Positions 49,007 through 60,162 are shown, counted from the stretch's first letter. The stretch is 64,000 nucleotides of DNA from an uncultured Gammaproteobacteria bacterium (GCA_963924875.1 CAWUSX010000016.1:6663-70662); one strand, 5' to 3'. Notes: generated from the sequence alone by a model not told the origin. Made by a program: numbers and translations.

Positions 49007-52000
49007 ATGCTAAAAGACACTAAGTGCTGCCCTACGCCGCTGATTCATTTATTCAGCACTGATGAACAACAGACAACTCATTTAAACAAAGCCCTTGTAT
49101 ACAATGGCTTTCGAGTGCAGTCCTTTAGCAGCACTGATCTACTTTGTGATAGCTGCTCACCTAAGAATGGCGATGTACCCGCTGCCATTATCCTTGATTC
49201 TATAGCTTCTGACGACAGTCATACACGTCTCCTGACCGACCTTGAATTATGCAAACAACATAATATTCCTGTACTGGTTACATCTGATCTAGACACCTTG
49301 CAGGCACGCCTGACATCTTTGCGAGCAGGTGCTAGCCGTTACCTGATAAAACCATTAAATACATCACACGTCATTAACCTGCTCGACGAGCTAACAAATC
49401 ATCAGCCTCAGGAACCCTATCGCATTGTTATGGTGGGAAATACAAAAAATCCATTCGAGGAAAGCGCCGCTGAGCTTCGCAACGCATGTTTTAAGGTCGA
49501 AATCTTATCCGACCCTTTAAAAACTATAGACTTAATAAAATCCTATGACCCTGATGTCGTTGTACTGGATGTAAATACAGCAGAAGTGACCGGGCCTCAG
49601 TTGGCCGCTATTATCCATGAAAGAGACCCACACCTGCCTGTCTTGTTTGTTGCCAATAAAAATGACATAAACCAGCAATTACAAAACTTAAACCTGAGTG
49701 GTGGCGATTGTTTAATTCGTCCCGTCAATATAAAACACCTTATTTCAACCGTGACATCACGCGCCAAACAGGCTCGCTGTCATTATGCTACACACGAACA
49801 CCTGCAATCAATTATTTATGAAAACGAACGTAAGCAGCTCGCGCTAAATCAACACGCGATTGTTAGTAGTGCCGATGCAAAGGGAAATATAACCTACGTA
49901 AATGATAAATTTTGCGAAATAAGTGGCTACTCACGTGAAGAACTTTTAGGCAACAACCACCGAATTATAAAATCGGCTATCCATAAACCTGAGTTTTATA
50001 CTGACTTATGGCAGAGCATATCTCACGGTCAGTTATGGCAGGGCATTATATGTAATCAACGTAAAGATGGTCGTTATTACTGGGTAAATTCTACCATTAC
50101 GCCTTTTATGGACACCAATGGTAAGCCTTACCAATATGTATCAATACGCACCGATGTGACACCGCTTAAGGAAACCCAGGATAATCTGCAAAAAACAAAA
50201 GAAAGATTACGTCTCGGTCAGGTATTTGCCAACATTGGTACCTGGGACTGGAATATACAAACCGGTGATTTGGTCTGGTCAGAGCGTATCGCACCTTTAT
50301 TTGGCTACCTCGAGGGTAACCTCGAAACTTCATACGAAAATTTTCTAAATGCCGTACACCCCGAAGATCGTGACGCCGTAACCAGTGCCGTTAATGAATG
50401 CGTAGAAAATGACATCCCTTATGACATTGAACACCGTGTCGTCTGGCCTGATGAAAGCGTGCGCTGGCTTCACGAACGAGGCTCGGTTACTAGAGATGAG
50501 AATAACCAACCCGTGCATATGATCGGCATCGTACAGGATATTCATGACAGCAAACTTAATGAACAGGCATTAGAAGAAAGCGAACAACGTTTACGAGAAG
50601 CACAAACCCTGTCGCATATAGGAAACTGGCAAGCCGATATTATTACAGGAGAGTTATTCTGGTCCGATGAGATTTATCGCATATTTGGACACCAACCAGA
50701 CGCCTTTAAACCTTCCATTGATACCTTTAATTCCGCCATACATCCAGATGATATAAATTTAGTTAGGGACAGTGAACAGCGCGCTATTGAAACGGGTATT
50801 CATGATGTCGTTCATCGTATTGTGCGGCCTGACAGTACCGTGCGTTATGTACATGAGCTGGCAAAAGGAGAAAGAAATGAAAACGGCGAGCTCATACGCT
50901 TGAGTGGAACGGTGCAGGATGTTACAGAATTAAATGAAACACGTGTACGGGCGGAGCAGCAAAAAAGATTATTGAATATGCTGCATCAATCCACTACCCA
51001 CTTTGTAGAAACCGGTGACTTTGCAAACACCGTAGATAAACTTTTAGATACCCTACTCGAAATAACAGATAGTGAATATGGTTTTACCGGTGAAGTTTTA
51101 TACGATGAAGATGGTTCACCTTACTTAAAAATGCATTCAATAAGTAATATTGCATGGAATGCTGAAACACAAAAACTGTATGAGGATTCTGTAGCGGAAG
51201 GTTTTGAGTTTAGAAATCTTAATACCCTGTTTGGCCATGCCCTTATCTCAAAAAAAACCGTATTGTCTAACAATCCCGAATCAGATCCTCGTGCAAGAGG
51301 TTTGCCGGATGGGCACCCAGCTATGCATTCATTTTTAGGCGTGCCTATTTTTTATGGTAATGAGCTAGTAGGCATGTATGGCATAGCCAATAGAAAAGGC
51401 GGCTATAACGAGGAGTTACAATCATTTCTACAACCATTCGATGCCACTTATGGCGTGATGATTAATTCTAAACGTACACACGAAAAAGAAGTACAAATAA
51501 ATAAAGAGCTGTTTGAGGCGATGGAAATAGCTGAAAAAGCCAATAAGGCCAAATCAGAGTTTTTATCCAGCATGAGCCATGAGTTGCGCACGCCGATGAA
51601 TGCCATTCTTGGCTTTGGTCAATTGCTGGAGTATGCAGAAGATTTATCTGCCGATAACCAGGAAAGTGTTACGGAGATTCTTAAAGCTGGAAAACACTTA
51701 CTTAAGCTGATTAATGAAGTATTAGACCTGGCTAAAATTGAAGCCGGAAAAATAGAGCTCCATATTGAGAACGTTTCTGTTTCTGCTGTTATAGATGACT
51801 GCCTGAGCTTAATAAGCACACTTGCGGTTAATAAAGAAATTTCCATTAAACTTGCTGACCTGAGTGATATATATATCAGCGCAGATCACACCCGTTTCAA
51901 ACAAATTTTGTTAAATTTGCTTTCCAATGCGATTAAGTATAACCATAAAGGTGGCAACATAAACATTACAGGTCACCGCATAGAAGGCTATTTCCACCTT

Positions 52001-52657
52001 GATATTAGTGATACAGGTACTGGTATTGCGAACGATCAGGTAAAAGACTTATTTCAACCATTTAACCGTCTTGGTGCAGACAAAAGCAATATTCAAGGTA
52101 CTGGAATCGGCCTGACCATCACACGGTCAATCACAGAATTGATGGGCGGAAAAGTTGGTGTTACAAGCGAAATTAATACAGGCAGTACATTCTGGATTGA
52201 GCTACCTCTGGATATTGAATATAAAAATTCTCTGCAAACTTCGCAATACGTAAAAAATAAACAACACGTACTCTCAGAAAATGTAAGGCTACAAAACACG
52301 CGGATTCTTTACATTGAAGACAACCCCGCGAATATAAAATTAGTTGAAAATATTTTAGAATTAAAAACTGACATAACATTATATCCCGCACTAACACCCT
52401 ACTTGGGCATTGAGCTGGCTGAGGCCTATCTTCCAGATATTATATTACTCGACATAAACATGTCTGGAATGGATGGTTATCAGGTACTGGAAGCATTGAA
52501 AAAACTACCGGCATTAAAAGACACACCCATTATTGCAGTAACAGCAAACGCGATGTTTCGTGATATAGAGCGTGGCATAAAGGCAGGCTTTAGTGACTAT
52601 ATAACCAAGCCAATTAATATAACTAAATTTTTAGAAACCATTGAAAAGAATAGTTAA
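49007..52657 (+). CDS. Hybrid sensor histidine kinase: 2 N-terminal receiver-like domains, 3 PAS/PAC, GAF, HisKA, HATPase_c, C-terminal receiver
   Basis: 1216 aa. PAS blocks (ITYVNDKFCEISGYSREELLG etc.), H-box SEFLSSMSHELRTPMNAILG, G2 box GTGIGLTI, and a final REC (ILYIEDNP...LLDINMSGMDG...K). Confidence 0.92.
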   Translation: MLKDTKCCPTPLIHLFSTDEQQTTHLNKALVYNGFRVQSFSSTDLLCDSCSPKNGDVPAAIILDSIASDDSHTRLLTDLELCKQHNIPVLVTSDLDTLQARLTSLRAGASRYLIKPLNTSHVINLLDELTNHQPQEPYRIVMVGNTKNPFEESAAELRNACFKVEILSDPLKTIDLIKSYDPDVVVLDVNTAEVTGPQLAAIIHERDPHLPVLFVANKNDINQQLQNLNLSGGDCLIRPVNIKHLISTVTSRAKQARCHYATHEHLQSIIYENERKQLALNQHAIVSSADAKGNITYVNDKFCEISGYSREELLGNNHRIIKSAIHKPEFYTDLWQSISHGQLWQGIICNQRKDGRYYWVNSTITPFMDTNGKPYQYVSIRTDVTPLKETQDNLQKTKERLRLGQVFANIGTWDWNIQTGDLVWSERIAPLFGYLEGNLETSYENFLNAVHPEDRDAVTSAVNECVENDIPYDIEHRVVWPDESVRWLHERGSVTRDENNQPVHMIGIVQDIHDSKLNEQALEESEQRLREAQTLSHIGNWQADIITGELFWSDEIYRIFGHQPDAFKPSIDTFNSAIHPDDINLVRDSEQRAIETGIHDVVHRIVRPDSTVRYVHELAKGERNENGELIRLSGTVQDVTELNETRVRAEQQKRLLNMLHQSTTHFVETGDFANTVDKLLDTLLEITDSEYGFTGEVLYDEDGSPYLKMHSISNIAWNAETQKLYEDSVAEGFEFRNLNTLFGHALISKKTVLSNNPESDPRARGLPDGHPAMHSFLGVPIFYGNELVGMYGIANRKGGYNEELQSFLQPFDATYGVMINSKRTHEKEVQINKELFEAMEIAEKANKAKSEFLSSMSHELRTPMNAILGFGQLLEYAEDLSADNQESVTEILKAGKHLLKLINEVLDLAKIEAGKIELHIENVSVSAVIDDCLSLISTLAVNKEISIKLADLSDIYISADHTRFKQILLNLLSNAIKYNHKGGNINITGHRIEGYFHLDISDTGTGIANDQVKDLFQPFNRLGADKSNIQGTGIGLTITRSITELMGGKVGVTSEINTGSTFWIELPLDIEYKNSLQTSQYVKNKQHVLSENVRLQNTRILYIEDNPANIKLVENILELKTDITLYPALTPYLGIELAEAYLPDIILLDINMSGMDGYQVLEALKKLPALKDTPIIAVTANAMFRDIERGIKAGFSDYITKPINITKFLETIEKNS

Positions 52658-52673
52658 GGTTATAAATAAATAA

Positions 52674-53450
52674 TTAATGACAAATAACTAAAATTGCCGT
52701 GATATTATCTACCCCACCATTATCATTCGCACTTGTGATTAACTCATCTACACAAGATTCAACAGGTAATCCAGTTTCAAGTATATGTTGAATTTGTGCA
52801 TCGGATATACAGTTGGTCAATCCATCTGAACACAATAAAAACATTGCATTTTTTTGCAGGCATAAATGGTTAATTTTAATCTCAGGCTCAGCACTCAAAC
52901 CCAGCGCCTGACTAATAATATTATGCATCGGCAGTAATTCAAATTCATGCTGGTTAATTTTTCCGGCATTTAGCATATCCTGAAGATAGGTATGGTCTTC
53001 TGTTAATTGTGTCAGCAATTTATCAACATACTGATAGCCGCGTGAATCACCTAAATGGCTATATACCATTTGATTATTTTTAATTAACATGACAACCACG
53101 GTTGTTGCCATCTGTTCGAACTCAGGCTGCGCCTTTTGCTGATTTAAAATGGCTAAATTCGCATCAACAATGGCCTGTTCTAATGTTAAGGCCAGCCACT
53201 GCTCCGCATAACCGCCGCCACTCTGTGCCAGTAGTAATGCCTTCTCCACACTCGTGCGCATGGTTTGTACAGCGAGTAGACTCGCCTCGGCACCGCCTGC
53301 GTATCCGCCCACACCATCAGCAACAATGCATAAACTCACATCACTATTATCAAAACTACAGCACAGGTAACTATCTTCGTTTTGCTTACGAACCTTGCCT
53401 CTATCTGATCCACCGGCATATTTTATAGCAATGACTTTAAGCGAGGTCAT
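52674..53450 (-). CDS. PP2C-family Ser/Thr protein phosphatase
   Basis: 258 aa. RKQNEDS, VADGVGG, LLCSDGL and DNITAILV motifs. Confidence 0.9.
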   Translation of the reverse strand: MTSLKVIAIKYAGGSDRGKVRKQNEDSYLCCSFDNSDVSLCIVADGVGGYAGGAEASLLAVQTMRTSVEKALLLAQSGGGYAEQWLALTLEQAIVDANLAILNQQKAQPEFEQMATTVVVMLIKNNQMVYSHLGDSRGYQYVDKLLTQLTEDHTYLQDMLNAGKINQHEFELLPMHNIISQALGLSAEPEIKINHLCLQKNAMFLLCSDGLTNCISDAQIQHILETGLPVESCVDELITSANDNGGVDNITAILVICH

Positions 53451-53456
53451 AATATT

Positions 53457-55883
53457 TTAACCTGGCATCCCACGTTGAATCGCATTAGCCATATCTGCAC
53501 CACTTGCATAACGTTTTTGTGGATCTTTCTGCAAGGCCTTATTCACAATGCGGCTTGCACTAGCGGGTAAATCTTTGCGCAATTCTTTAATCGGCCTGTG
53601 CTTTTCATTGGTGATTTTATATGCGAGGTTTCCCAAACTATCCGCATCAAAAGGCAGCTTACCTGTAAGCAACTGGTAGAAACTAACACCCAATGCATAT
53701 ATATCGGCTCTACCATCTACATGCGCACCGCTCATTTGCTCTGGCGCCATATACGATGGACTGCCCATGAAACTACCGGTACGTGTTTTTACAGAATCGG
53801 TAATTCTTGCGATACCAAAGTCTGTAATTTTTAAATGCTTATTTTTTACATCATACATAATATTGCCGGGCTTAATATCACGGTGCACAATATTTTGGCT
53901 ATGTGCATAATCCAGCGCATTGGCAACCGTACAGGCTATTTTATAAACTTCATCGACAGGTAATAAGTTATCGGCACGTGTAAAGTCAGACAGCGGCACG
54001 CCATTGACATAATCCATTGCAATAAACGCGAAGCCTTCTTCTTCGCCCACATCATATACCGTCACAATATTACTGTGGCATAAACGACCAGCCGCTTCAG
54101 CCTCGCGTAAAAAACGAGATTTCAGTGATTTCAACTCTGTGGTTGGGAACTGCGTGTAATCCAGTGTTTTAATCGCAACTCGGCGGTTTATTTTTGGGTC
54201 CTGGCCTAAATACACTACACCCATAGCCCCTCGACCCAATTCACGCTCTATTTTATAGCGTCCAAATTCTGGTAACTCCATTTCAGGCATAACTAAAGTT
54301 TTTTGCGCTTGCAATGGCGTTGATATCACGGTGTTTGAGTCGGATATGCCACTAATCGAGTTAAGGCGTTTTTCTACATCCTTATAATTTTTATTACGTA
54401 TACTTAATTCAGAATATATTTGTAAGGCACGATCGTATTGACGTTTACGCTCAAAGCTTAGGCCTATTTCATATAAGTCGGCCAATACCTCATCATCAAA
54501 TTGATAACCACGCTGGCATTTTAACAGGCTACTAATCGCCGTTTCATAATCACCTTTTGCATATTGATAATGGCCCAACTGAAACCATGCGTTGTTTTCT
54601 CTTTGTAAAACATTATTAAGTATTTCTTTACCAGACAAATAAGCATATGCAGCCAGCTGACCAATTAGCATTAGCAATAAAATATTTATCGTTGGCCACC
54701 AAATGCCTTTAACAATCAATAATACGGGTTGTGCTGAAATTATGCCTAAAATTAAAAAGGCACCTAAAAACAAACCACTTTGTTTTGAGAGTAATGGCAA
54801 TAACCATAATAAATAAATTACAACGCCCAATAATATAAGCGGTGACATCCACCAGTTATCCACCGGCGTGTGATAGGTTACACTCAGTTCCAGGCTACTT
54901 AATGAATCGGCTAAAATTTGCAGCTGATTGGCATCCTGGCCAATCAGGATGATTTTATTTTTGTAAAACGACCTTGGTTTAGTCGCTGCCGTCTCTAATG
55001 TCAAAAGATTCAGGTCAGTATGCCTGCCCGTTAAATTGGAGAAATAGGTAAAAACCTGCCCCGACTTGCCCGATTTTATTTCCACTGAATCCATTGTTAA
55101 TAAACCAGACTCGTCCCAGTTTATTTGCCTTGCAGATTGAGCCTGACTAAATACTGCCAGGCTTAGGTCCGGCAACGACGAGGTATAATCTTCGCTATAC
55201 CAGATTAGGCTTTGCTTAGCGGTTGAAGATGAATCGAATGGGTAAATTCTATAAGGCCACTGCGCATTTGTTAATTTAAATATTTTTGGCTCAGGTAAAA
55301 AAATTGTCGGTATAAACTTCCGCCAACCTGTTTGATACAGTAATGCCTCTTTATAACTAATATCATCATTTTTCTGTGGTGAGTTAATATATTGCGTGAG
55401 AAATATTTTTTGATTTTCAAGCATCCATGCCAACTTGTTGCGTTCACCCTCTGTGGGTACCCATTGCTGCTCAACTTCAGATTCATTTTTATTTTCTTTA
55501 TCTATATCTTCCTTAATCGCATTTTTATTAATTGAATTTTTAATGGGTGTTTTTTCTGTATTACTGTCACTTTCCACCCGAGGCACATAATCCATATGCG
55601 GAAAATTATCACTTAACCAGACTATCTCTGCTGCTTTAGATTTTTTTAACTGGCGTAATAGATAACGAAAATCCTGAATACCCTGTGGGGTTTGCAATCG
55701 TGCATCATCAAGTTGAATCGTTGTAAATTTATTGGCACTGCTTTGTATAGGTAATAAATAACTGGAAAAACGAAACATCTGTGCATCTAACCAGTTCACA
55801 GTGCTATTTTGTGGTGACAATACAGCCAATAAAAAGCAGCTAAATATAAAGATGGAGAAATAAAGTCGACGGTGTTTATTCAA
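53457..55883 (-). CDS. Membrane Ser/Thr protein kinase: N-terminal CHASE2-like sensor, TM cluster, TPR, C-terminal Hanks kinase
   Basis: 808 aa. Kinase motifs at the C-terminus (GRGAMGVVY, VAIK, HRDIKPGN, DFG, SPSYMAPE). It has TPR-like repeats and 3-4 TM helices after a ~340-aa extracytoplasmic domain. The CHASE2 call comes from architecture only. Confidence 0.85.
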   Translation of the reverse strand: MNKHRRLYFSIFIFSCFLLAVLSPQNSTVNWLDAQMFRFSSYLLPIQSSANKFTTIQLDDARLQTPQGIQDFRYLLRQLKKSKAAEIVWLSDNFPHMDYVPRVESDSNTEKTPIKNSINKNAIKEDIDKENKNESEVEQQWVPTEGERNKLAWMLENQKIFLTQYINSPQKNDDISYKEALLYQTGWRKFIPTIFLPEPKIFKLTNAQWPYRIYPFDSSSTAKQSLIWYSEDYTSSLPDLSLAVFSQAQSARQINWDESGLLTMDSVEIKSGKSGQVFTYFSNLTGRHTDLNLLTLETAATKPRSFYKNKIILIGQDANQLQILADSLSSLELSVTYHTPVDNWWMSPLILLGVVIYLLWLLPLLSKQSGLFLGAFLILGIISAQPVLLIVKGIWWPTINILLLMLIGQLAAYAYLSGKEILNNVLQRENNAWFQLGHYQYAKGDYETAISSLLKCQRGYQFDDEVLADLYEIGLSFERKRQYDRALQIYSELSIRNKNYKDVEKRLNSISGISDSNTVISTPLQAQKTLVMPEMELPEFGRYKIERELGRGAMGVVYLGQDPKINRRVAIKTLDYTQFPTTELKSLKSRFLREAEAAGRLCHSNIVTVYDVGEEEGFAFIAMDYVNGVPLSDFTRADNLLPVDEVYKIACTVANALDYAHSQNIVHRDIKPGNIMYDVKNKHLKITDFGIARITDSVKTRTGSFMGSPSYMAPEQMSGAHVDGRADIYALGVSFYQLLTGKLPFDADSLGNLAYKITNEKHRPIKELRKDLPASASRIVNKALQKDPQKRYASGADMANAIQRGMPG

Positions 55884-55970
55884 TGCAAAACCTGTTGGTG
55901 TAGGTATCAGCCTGTGTTATTAATACAGGACAGGAAATATGTCTCAAACAACTGTTATATATAGCAGAAT

Positions 55971-56789
55971 TTAGTCCCGAATATCAAAAAATTGACGTGC
56001 CAGAAGCGTCGTCTGCCGCGCGACCTCTGCAGGTTCTTCGTTGATATAGCCCGCCAATGCCTTACACACGTGCGTTAACACCAGAGGCTCATTACGTCTG
56101 TCTTGCAAACTTTGCAGTGTATCTTTAGGCAGGTCGCGGGGTAACAAATAGGGCGCATCGGTTTCCAGCATCATGCTCTGTAAGGGTATTTCCTGCACAG
56201 CTTGCTGCAATGATTTGCCGCGTCGCTCATCGCATAGCCAGCCTGTCACACCAATTTTCAGATCGATATCAATATACGCCCTGGCTTCCTCCGGGGTACC
56301 TGTAAAACAGTGAGCAACGCCACCGACCAGCTGGTCTCTCCAGCGCTCAATAATGGCGAGGAAATCCTCATGTGCGTCACGCTGATGTAAAAACACAGGC
56401 AATTTGGCATCTGCTGCTAATTCAAGCTGTGCTTCAAAGCATTTTCGCTGATCTTTAGGTTCGGAGAAATTACGCTTGTAATCCAGACCGCATTCACCAA
56501 TCGCACGAACCGCAGGATGATCCAGTAAGTTATGGATTTGGTGGCCGACTTTATCGTTCCACTCTTTCGCGTGATGCGGATGAACACCCGCCGTTGAATA
56601 CAATATGCCAGCATTTAAATCACATAGTTCAATTGCCAGTTCACTGTGGCGAAGATTAGTGCCAGTCACCACCATCTGTGATACACCGGCCGCCAGGGCT
56701 CGATCAATCACCGCTGAATGATCATTTTGAAATGCGCTGCCGGTTAAATTAACACCTATATCTATTAGATCGTTTATTACCTCACTCAT
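55971..56789 (-). CDS. tatD: TatD-family metal-dependent deoxyribonuclease
   Basis: 272 aa. IDIGVNLT, AGVHPH, IGECGLDY and the FLHQRDAH pattern of TatD. Confidence 0.88.
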   Translation of the reverse strand: MSEVINDLIDIGVNLTGSAFQNDHSAVIDRALAAGVSQMVVTGTNLRHSELAIELCDLNAGILYSTAGVHPHHAKEWNDKVGHQIHNLLDHPAVRAIGECGLDYKRNFSEPKDQRKCFEAQLELAADAKLPVFLHQRDAHEDFLAIIERWRDQLVGGVAHCFTGTPEEARAYIDIDLKIGVTGWLCDERRGKSLQQAVQEIPLQSMMLETDAPYLLPRDLPKDTLQSLQDRRNEPLVLTHVCKALAGYINEEPAEVARQTTLLARQFFDIRD

Positions 56790-56855
56790 GCGCCGTCTTC
56801 TGCCATGCGGACACTATTGTGCACGCAAAAATCCAGACTCTACTTTTATTAATAA

Positions 56856-58607
56856 TCACTTTGATGACCAGTTTTCCTGCTTCGCTTTGTGTAACTTCGC
56901 ATAGCCTTCTAGTAATTTATTATGCGTAGTAAAACCCTGCAAACTTAAACCGGGGCTATGTAGGCCATAAAACACTTCTTCACCTTCGATTAACTTAATA
57001 CATATATTCACTATATGCTCACCGTACATTAATTTTAAGCTATCGGTATAGCTGGCATACTCACGTTCATCATCCAGCTTAATTTCTAATAGTGCCTGTA
57101 AGGTGCGGTAAAAACGAATACGCTCATCGTCTAACTGATCCATATGTAGACACCAGTCATTCCATTCCATTGCCTGTTCAAAATCACCTGCCGCCAGGCT
57201 CAACATAGCCTTCAGCTCACCTATACGCAAAGTAGCCCATGCAGTCCCGGCATCCGGTGCGATGCCTATAAATTCCGCCACGCGTTGTACATCGTTATAA
57301 CCGCCTTCTTCCAGGCGCTGTAAAATATCCAGCCACTGATCTTTGCCTAAATTTTTAAGCGATAAAATGTCTTCTCGAAATAACGCGCCTTCATTATTAT
57401 TACTCCACTCCAAATCATCTGCCGGATAAATATCCGACATGCCCGGTACAATAATTCGACAGGCATAAACACCAAGATGATTGTAATCAGAAATATAAAT
57501 ATCAAAATCCATCTCGTGGATAATTTTGCAGCAATACTCAAATTCATCTTCGGTTGTAGTGTTGTGATTCCAGTCTGCAAATTCATAGTCCGCGGTGTTC
57601 TTAAAAAAGTCGTAAGAAATTAACCCGCTTGAATCAATAAAATGCGCCTCTAAATTATGATTATCTGCCACATCCTGAAGATCAAAGGATGGCGGCTGAA
57701 ATCCATCGAGTTGATCCAGGCTACGGCCCTGTAATAACTCCGTTACCGTGCGCTCAAAAGCCACCTCAAAACAGGGATGCGCACCAAAAGACGCAAATAC
57801 GGCACCGTCTTTTGGATTAATAAGCGTTACGCTCATTACCGGATACTTACCGCCCAAAGAGGCATCCGCAACACGTAAGTGATAACCATGAGCCTTTAAC
57901 TCCTCCATGGACTTTTTAATCCCCGGGAAACGATCAATCACAGACTCCGGCACTTCCGGCAAACAAATACCTTCTGCAATAATTTTATTTTTAACATAAC
58001 GTTCAAAAACTTCAGACAAACTCTGTACACGCGCTTCATTCTGCGTGTTACCGGCAGACATGCCATTGCTAACATATAAATTGCCAATGATATTCACCGG
58101 CAAATAAACTGTTTTCAGATCACGTTGACGCTGATACGGCAATGCGCAAATACCTCTTTCGCCCACACCCGAATTGGTATCGACTATGCCTTGTGCCTTG
58201 AGTACGCGATCAGGATCATAATAGTCCCATAGTGATTCATCCATTAAATCTTCTGGCATAGCATCCGTTTCTATCGAAAACCACTTTTCATTCGGGTAAT
58301 GCACAAACTCACCCGCTGAAAATGTTTCCCCCAGATAAAAATCTGCAAAAAAGTAATTACAGCTTAATCGCTCAAAATACTCGCCCAGCGCACTGGCTAA
58401 ACATGCCTTGGCTGTCGCACCCTTACCATTTGTAAACATCAAGCCACAATCGCTATCGCGAATATGCACAGAATAAACATTGGGTACCGGGTTTAACCAG
58501 GACGCCTCTTCAATATTAAAGCCCAGATCTTTTAGCCTTTGCTGCATGCTTGATATGGATGACTCAAGATCTCGATCTTTGCCAATAATAAAAGTCTGTT
58601 CACTCAT
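56856..58607 (-). CDS. ycaO: YcaO (E. coli-type, with C-terminal TPR-like extension)
   Basis: Start at MSEQTFIIGKD. LGFNIEEASWLNPVPNVYSVHIRD..FTNGKGATAKACLASALGEYFERLS is colinear with E. coli YcaO as I recall it. Confidence 0.9.
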   Translation of the reverse strand: MSEQTFIIGKDRDLESSISSMQQRLKDLGFNIEEASWLNPVPNVYSVHIRDSDCGLMFTNGKGATAKACLASALGEYFERLSCNYFFADFYLGETFSAGEFVHYPNEKWFSIETDAMPEDLMDESLWDYYDPDRVLKAQGIVDTNSGVGERGICALPYQRQRDLKTVYLPVNIIGNLYVSNGMSAGNTQNEARVQSLSEVFERYVKNKIIAEGICLPEVPESVIDRFPGIKKSMEELKAHGYHLRVADASLGGKYPVMSVTLINPKDGAVFASFGAHPCFEVAFERTVTELLQGRSLDQLDGFQPPSFDLQDVADNHNLEAHFIDSSGLISYDFFKNTADYEFADWNHNTTTEDEFEYCCKIIHEMDFDIYISDYNHLGVYACRIIVPGMSDIYPADDLEWSNNNEGALFREDILSLKNLGKDQWLDILQRLEEGGYNDVQRVAEFIGIAPDAGTAWATLRIGELKAMLSLAAGDFEQAMEWNDWCLHMDQLDDERIRFYRTLQALLEIKLDDEREYASYTDSLKLMYGEHIVNICIKLIEGEEVFYGLHSPGLSLQGFTTHNKLLEGYAKLHKAKQENWSSK

Positions 58608-58703
58608 AGGTATGCTCACTGCGGGAATTTGGGTTATTTACGCTAAAAATTTAATGCCTGCAATGATACACAATCCGCAGCAAAATGATTACACTTAAAC
58701 ACT

Positions 58704-59501
58704 ATGAAAGCAGATCCCATTAATAAGGCCAATTCCCCGCTTATCTCTGTTAGCTACAGCCATCCCAGCAGTCAGGGCAAAGCGCGCACTTTTGCTGAGG
58801 ACAATCATTTAAGCTGTGATAACCTCAATAAGTGCCAGTCACAGCTAGCTCTCAACTTTAGTGATTTACAGGTTGAGTTGATTGATATTCAACACAACAT
58901 ACATTTAGCGGTAGATTTTATTCAAGGTAGCCTGGGGCATAGAAAAAAATATGGCGGCGGTCGTGGCCAGACGATTGCCAGGGCTATCGGCATGAAACAG
59001 GGCAAGCCTGCTCCCAGCGTATTAGACGCCACCGCAGGCCTTGCCAAAGACAGCTATGTATTTGCCTGCCTGGGCTGCCCGGTAACCATGCTTGAGCGCT
59101 CCCCCATCGTTGCCGAACTGGTTAAAGATGGTATTGCACGAGCTGTGTTATGTAATGAATTTGATGGCATTATTGAGCAAGGTTTTAAGCTGATTGTTAA
59201 CGATGCGCTAAGTTATTTAAACTTAATAGATGATGAAAATAAACCCGATGTAATTTATCTGGATCCAATGTATCCCGATAAAAAAAAGTCCGCATCGGTT
59301 AAAAAGAACATGCAACTATTACAAAAGTTATTAGGCCACGATATGGATACCGATGATGTGTTAAACATAGCTTTACAAAAGGCCGCTAAGCGAGTGGTAG
59401 TAAAACGCCCCAAAGGCGCACCTGTTTTAAGTGCTTCATGTAAACCGACCCTGGCCTATGAAAGCAAGAGCACGCGTTATGATACTTATATTATTTCCTA
59501 G
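58704..59501 (+). CDS. rsmJ: 16S rRNA (guanine1516-N2)-methyltransferase RsmJ
   Basis: 265 aa. VLDATAGLAKDSYVFACLGCPVTMLERSP and VIYLDPMYP motifs of RsmJ/YhiQ. Confidence 0.85.
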   Translation: MKADPINKANSPLISVSYSHPSSQGKARTFAEDNHLSCDNLNKCQSQLALNFSDLQVELIDIQHNIHLAVDFIQGSLGHRKKYGGGRGQTIARAIGMKQGKPAPSVLDATAGLAKDSYVFACLGCPVTMLERSPIVAELVKDGIARAVLCNEFDGIIEQGFKLIVNDALSYLNLIDDENKPDVIYLDPMYPDKKKSASVKKNMQLLQKLLGHDMDTDDVLNIALQKAAKRVVVKRPKGAPVLSASCKPTLAYESKSTRYDTYIIS

Positions 59502-59502
59502 C

Positions 59503-60153
59503 ATGAAGAAATTTATGCACATAAATTTTAACAAAAAAACATTTGGCTTTATTGGTGGGCTATTTATTTCTTCTATCCTGCTTGCGCTAACCTCGTGTTC
59601 TAGCCTGCCACCAAAAAATCTCGACAATAGCTGCGCTATATTTTTTGAAAAAGACGACTGGTATGACGATGCCAACAACAGCTATAAAAAATGGGGCGTA
59701 CCTATTCACGTGCAACTTGCGATTATTCACCAGGAATCACGTTTTAAATATGATGCACAAACAGATATGGAATATTTTTTATGGTTGATTCCTATCGGAC
59801 GAAAATCCGATGCCTATGGTTACGCACAGGTAAAAGATGGAACCTGGGACTGGTATATACAACAAACAGGGAATACTGGTGCTGACCGGGACGACTTCGA
59901 TGATGCCGTTGATTTTATCGGCTGGTATGGTAATTACACCTATAAAAAATTGGGCATTTCTAAATGGGATGCATACAACCAGTATTTGGCCTATCACGAA
60001 GGCCATGGCGGCTATAAACGAAAAAGCTATTTAAAGAAACCCTGGCTTATAAAAGTTGCCCGTAAGGTAAAGGCACGGGCCAGCCGTTACCATACCCAGC
60101 TGGAAAAATGTAAAACAGAGTTAGAATCTTCCTGGTCCATCTGGCCGTTTTAA
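59503..60153 (+). CDS. Lipoprotein with lytic-transglycosylase-like (SLT) motifs
   Basis: The start was moved to ATG 59503 (MKKFMH...LALTSCSS lipobox). Motifs IIHQESRF and YGYAQVKDGTW. Confidence 0.65.
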   Translation: MKKFMHINFNKKTFGFIGGLFISSILLALTSCSSLPPKNLDNSCAIFFEKDDWYDDANNSYKKWGVPIHVQLAIIHQESRFKYDAQTDMEYFLWLIPIGRKSDAYGYAQVKDGTWDWYIQQTGNTGADRDDFDDAVDFIGWYGNYTYKKLGISKWDAYNQYLAYHEGHGGYKRKSYLKKPWLIKVARKVKARASRYHTQLEKCKTELESSWSIWPF

Positions 60154-60162
60154 ACGGGTATT

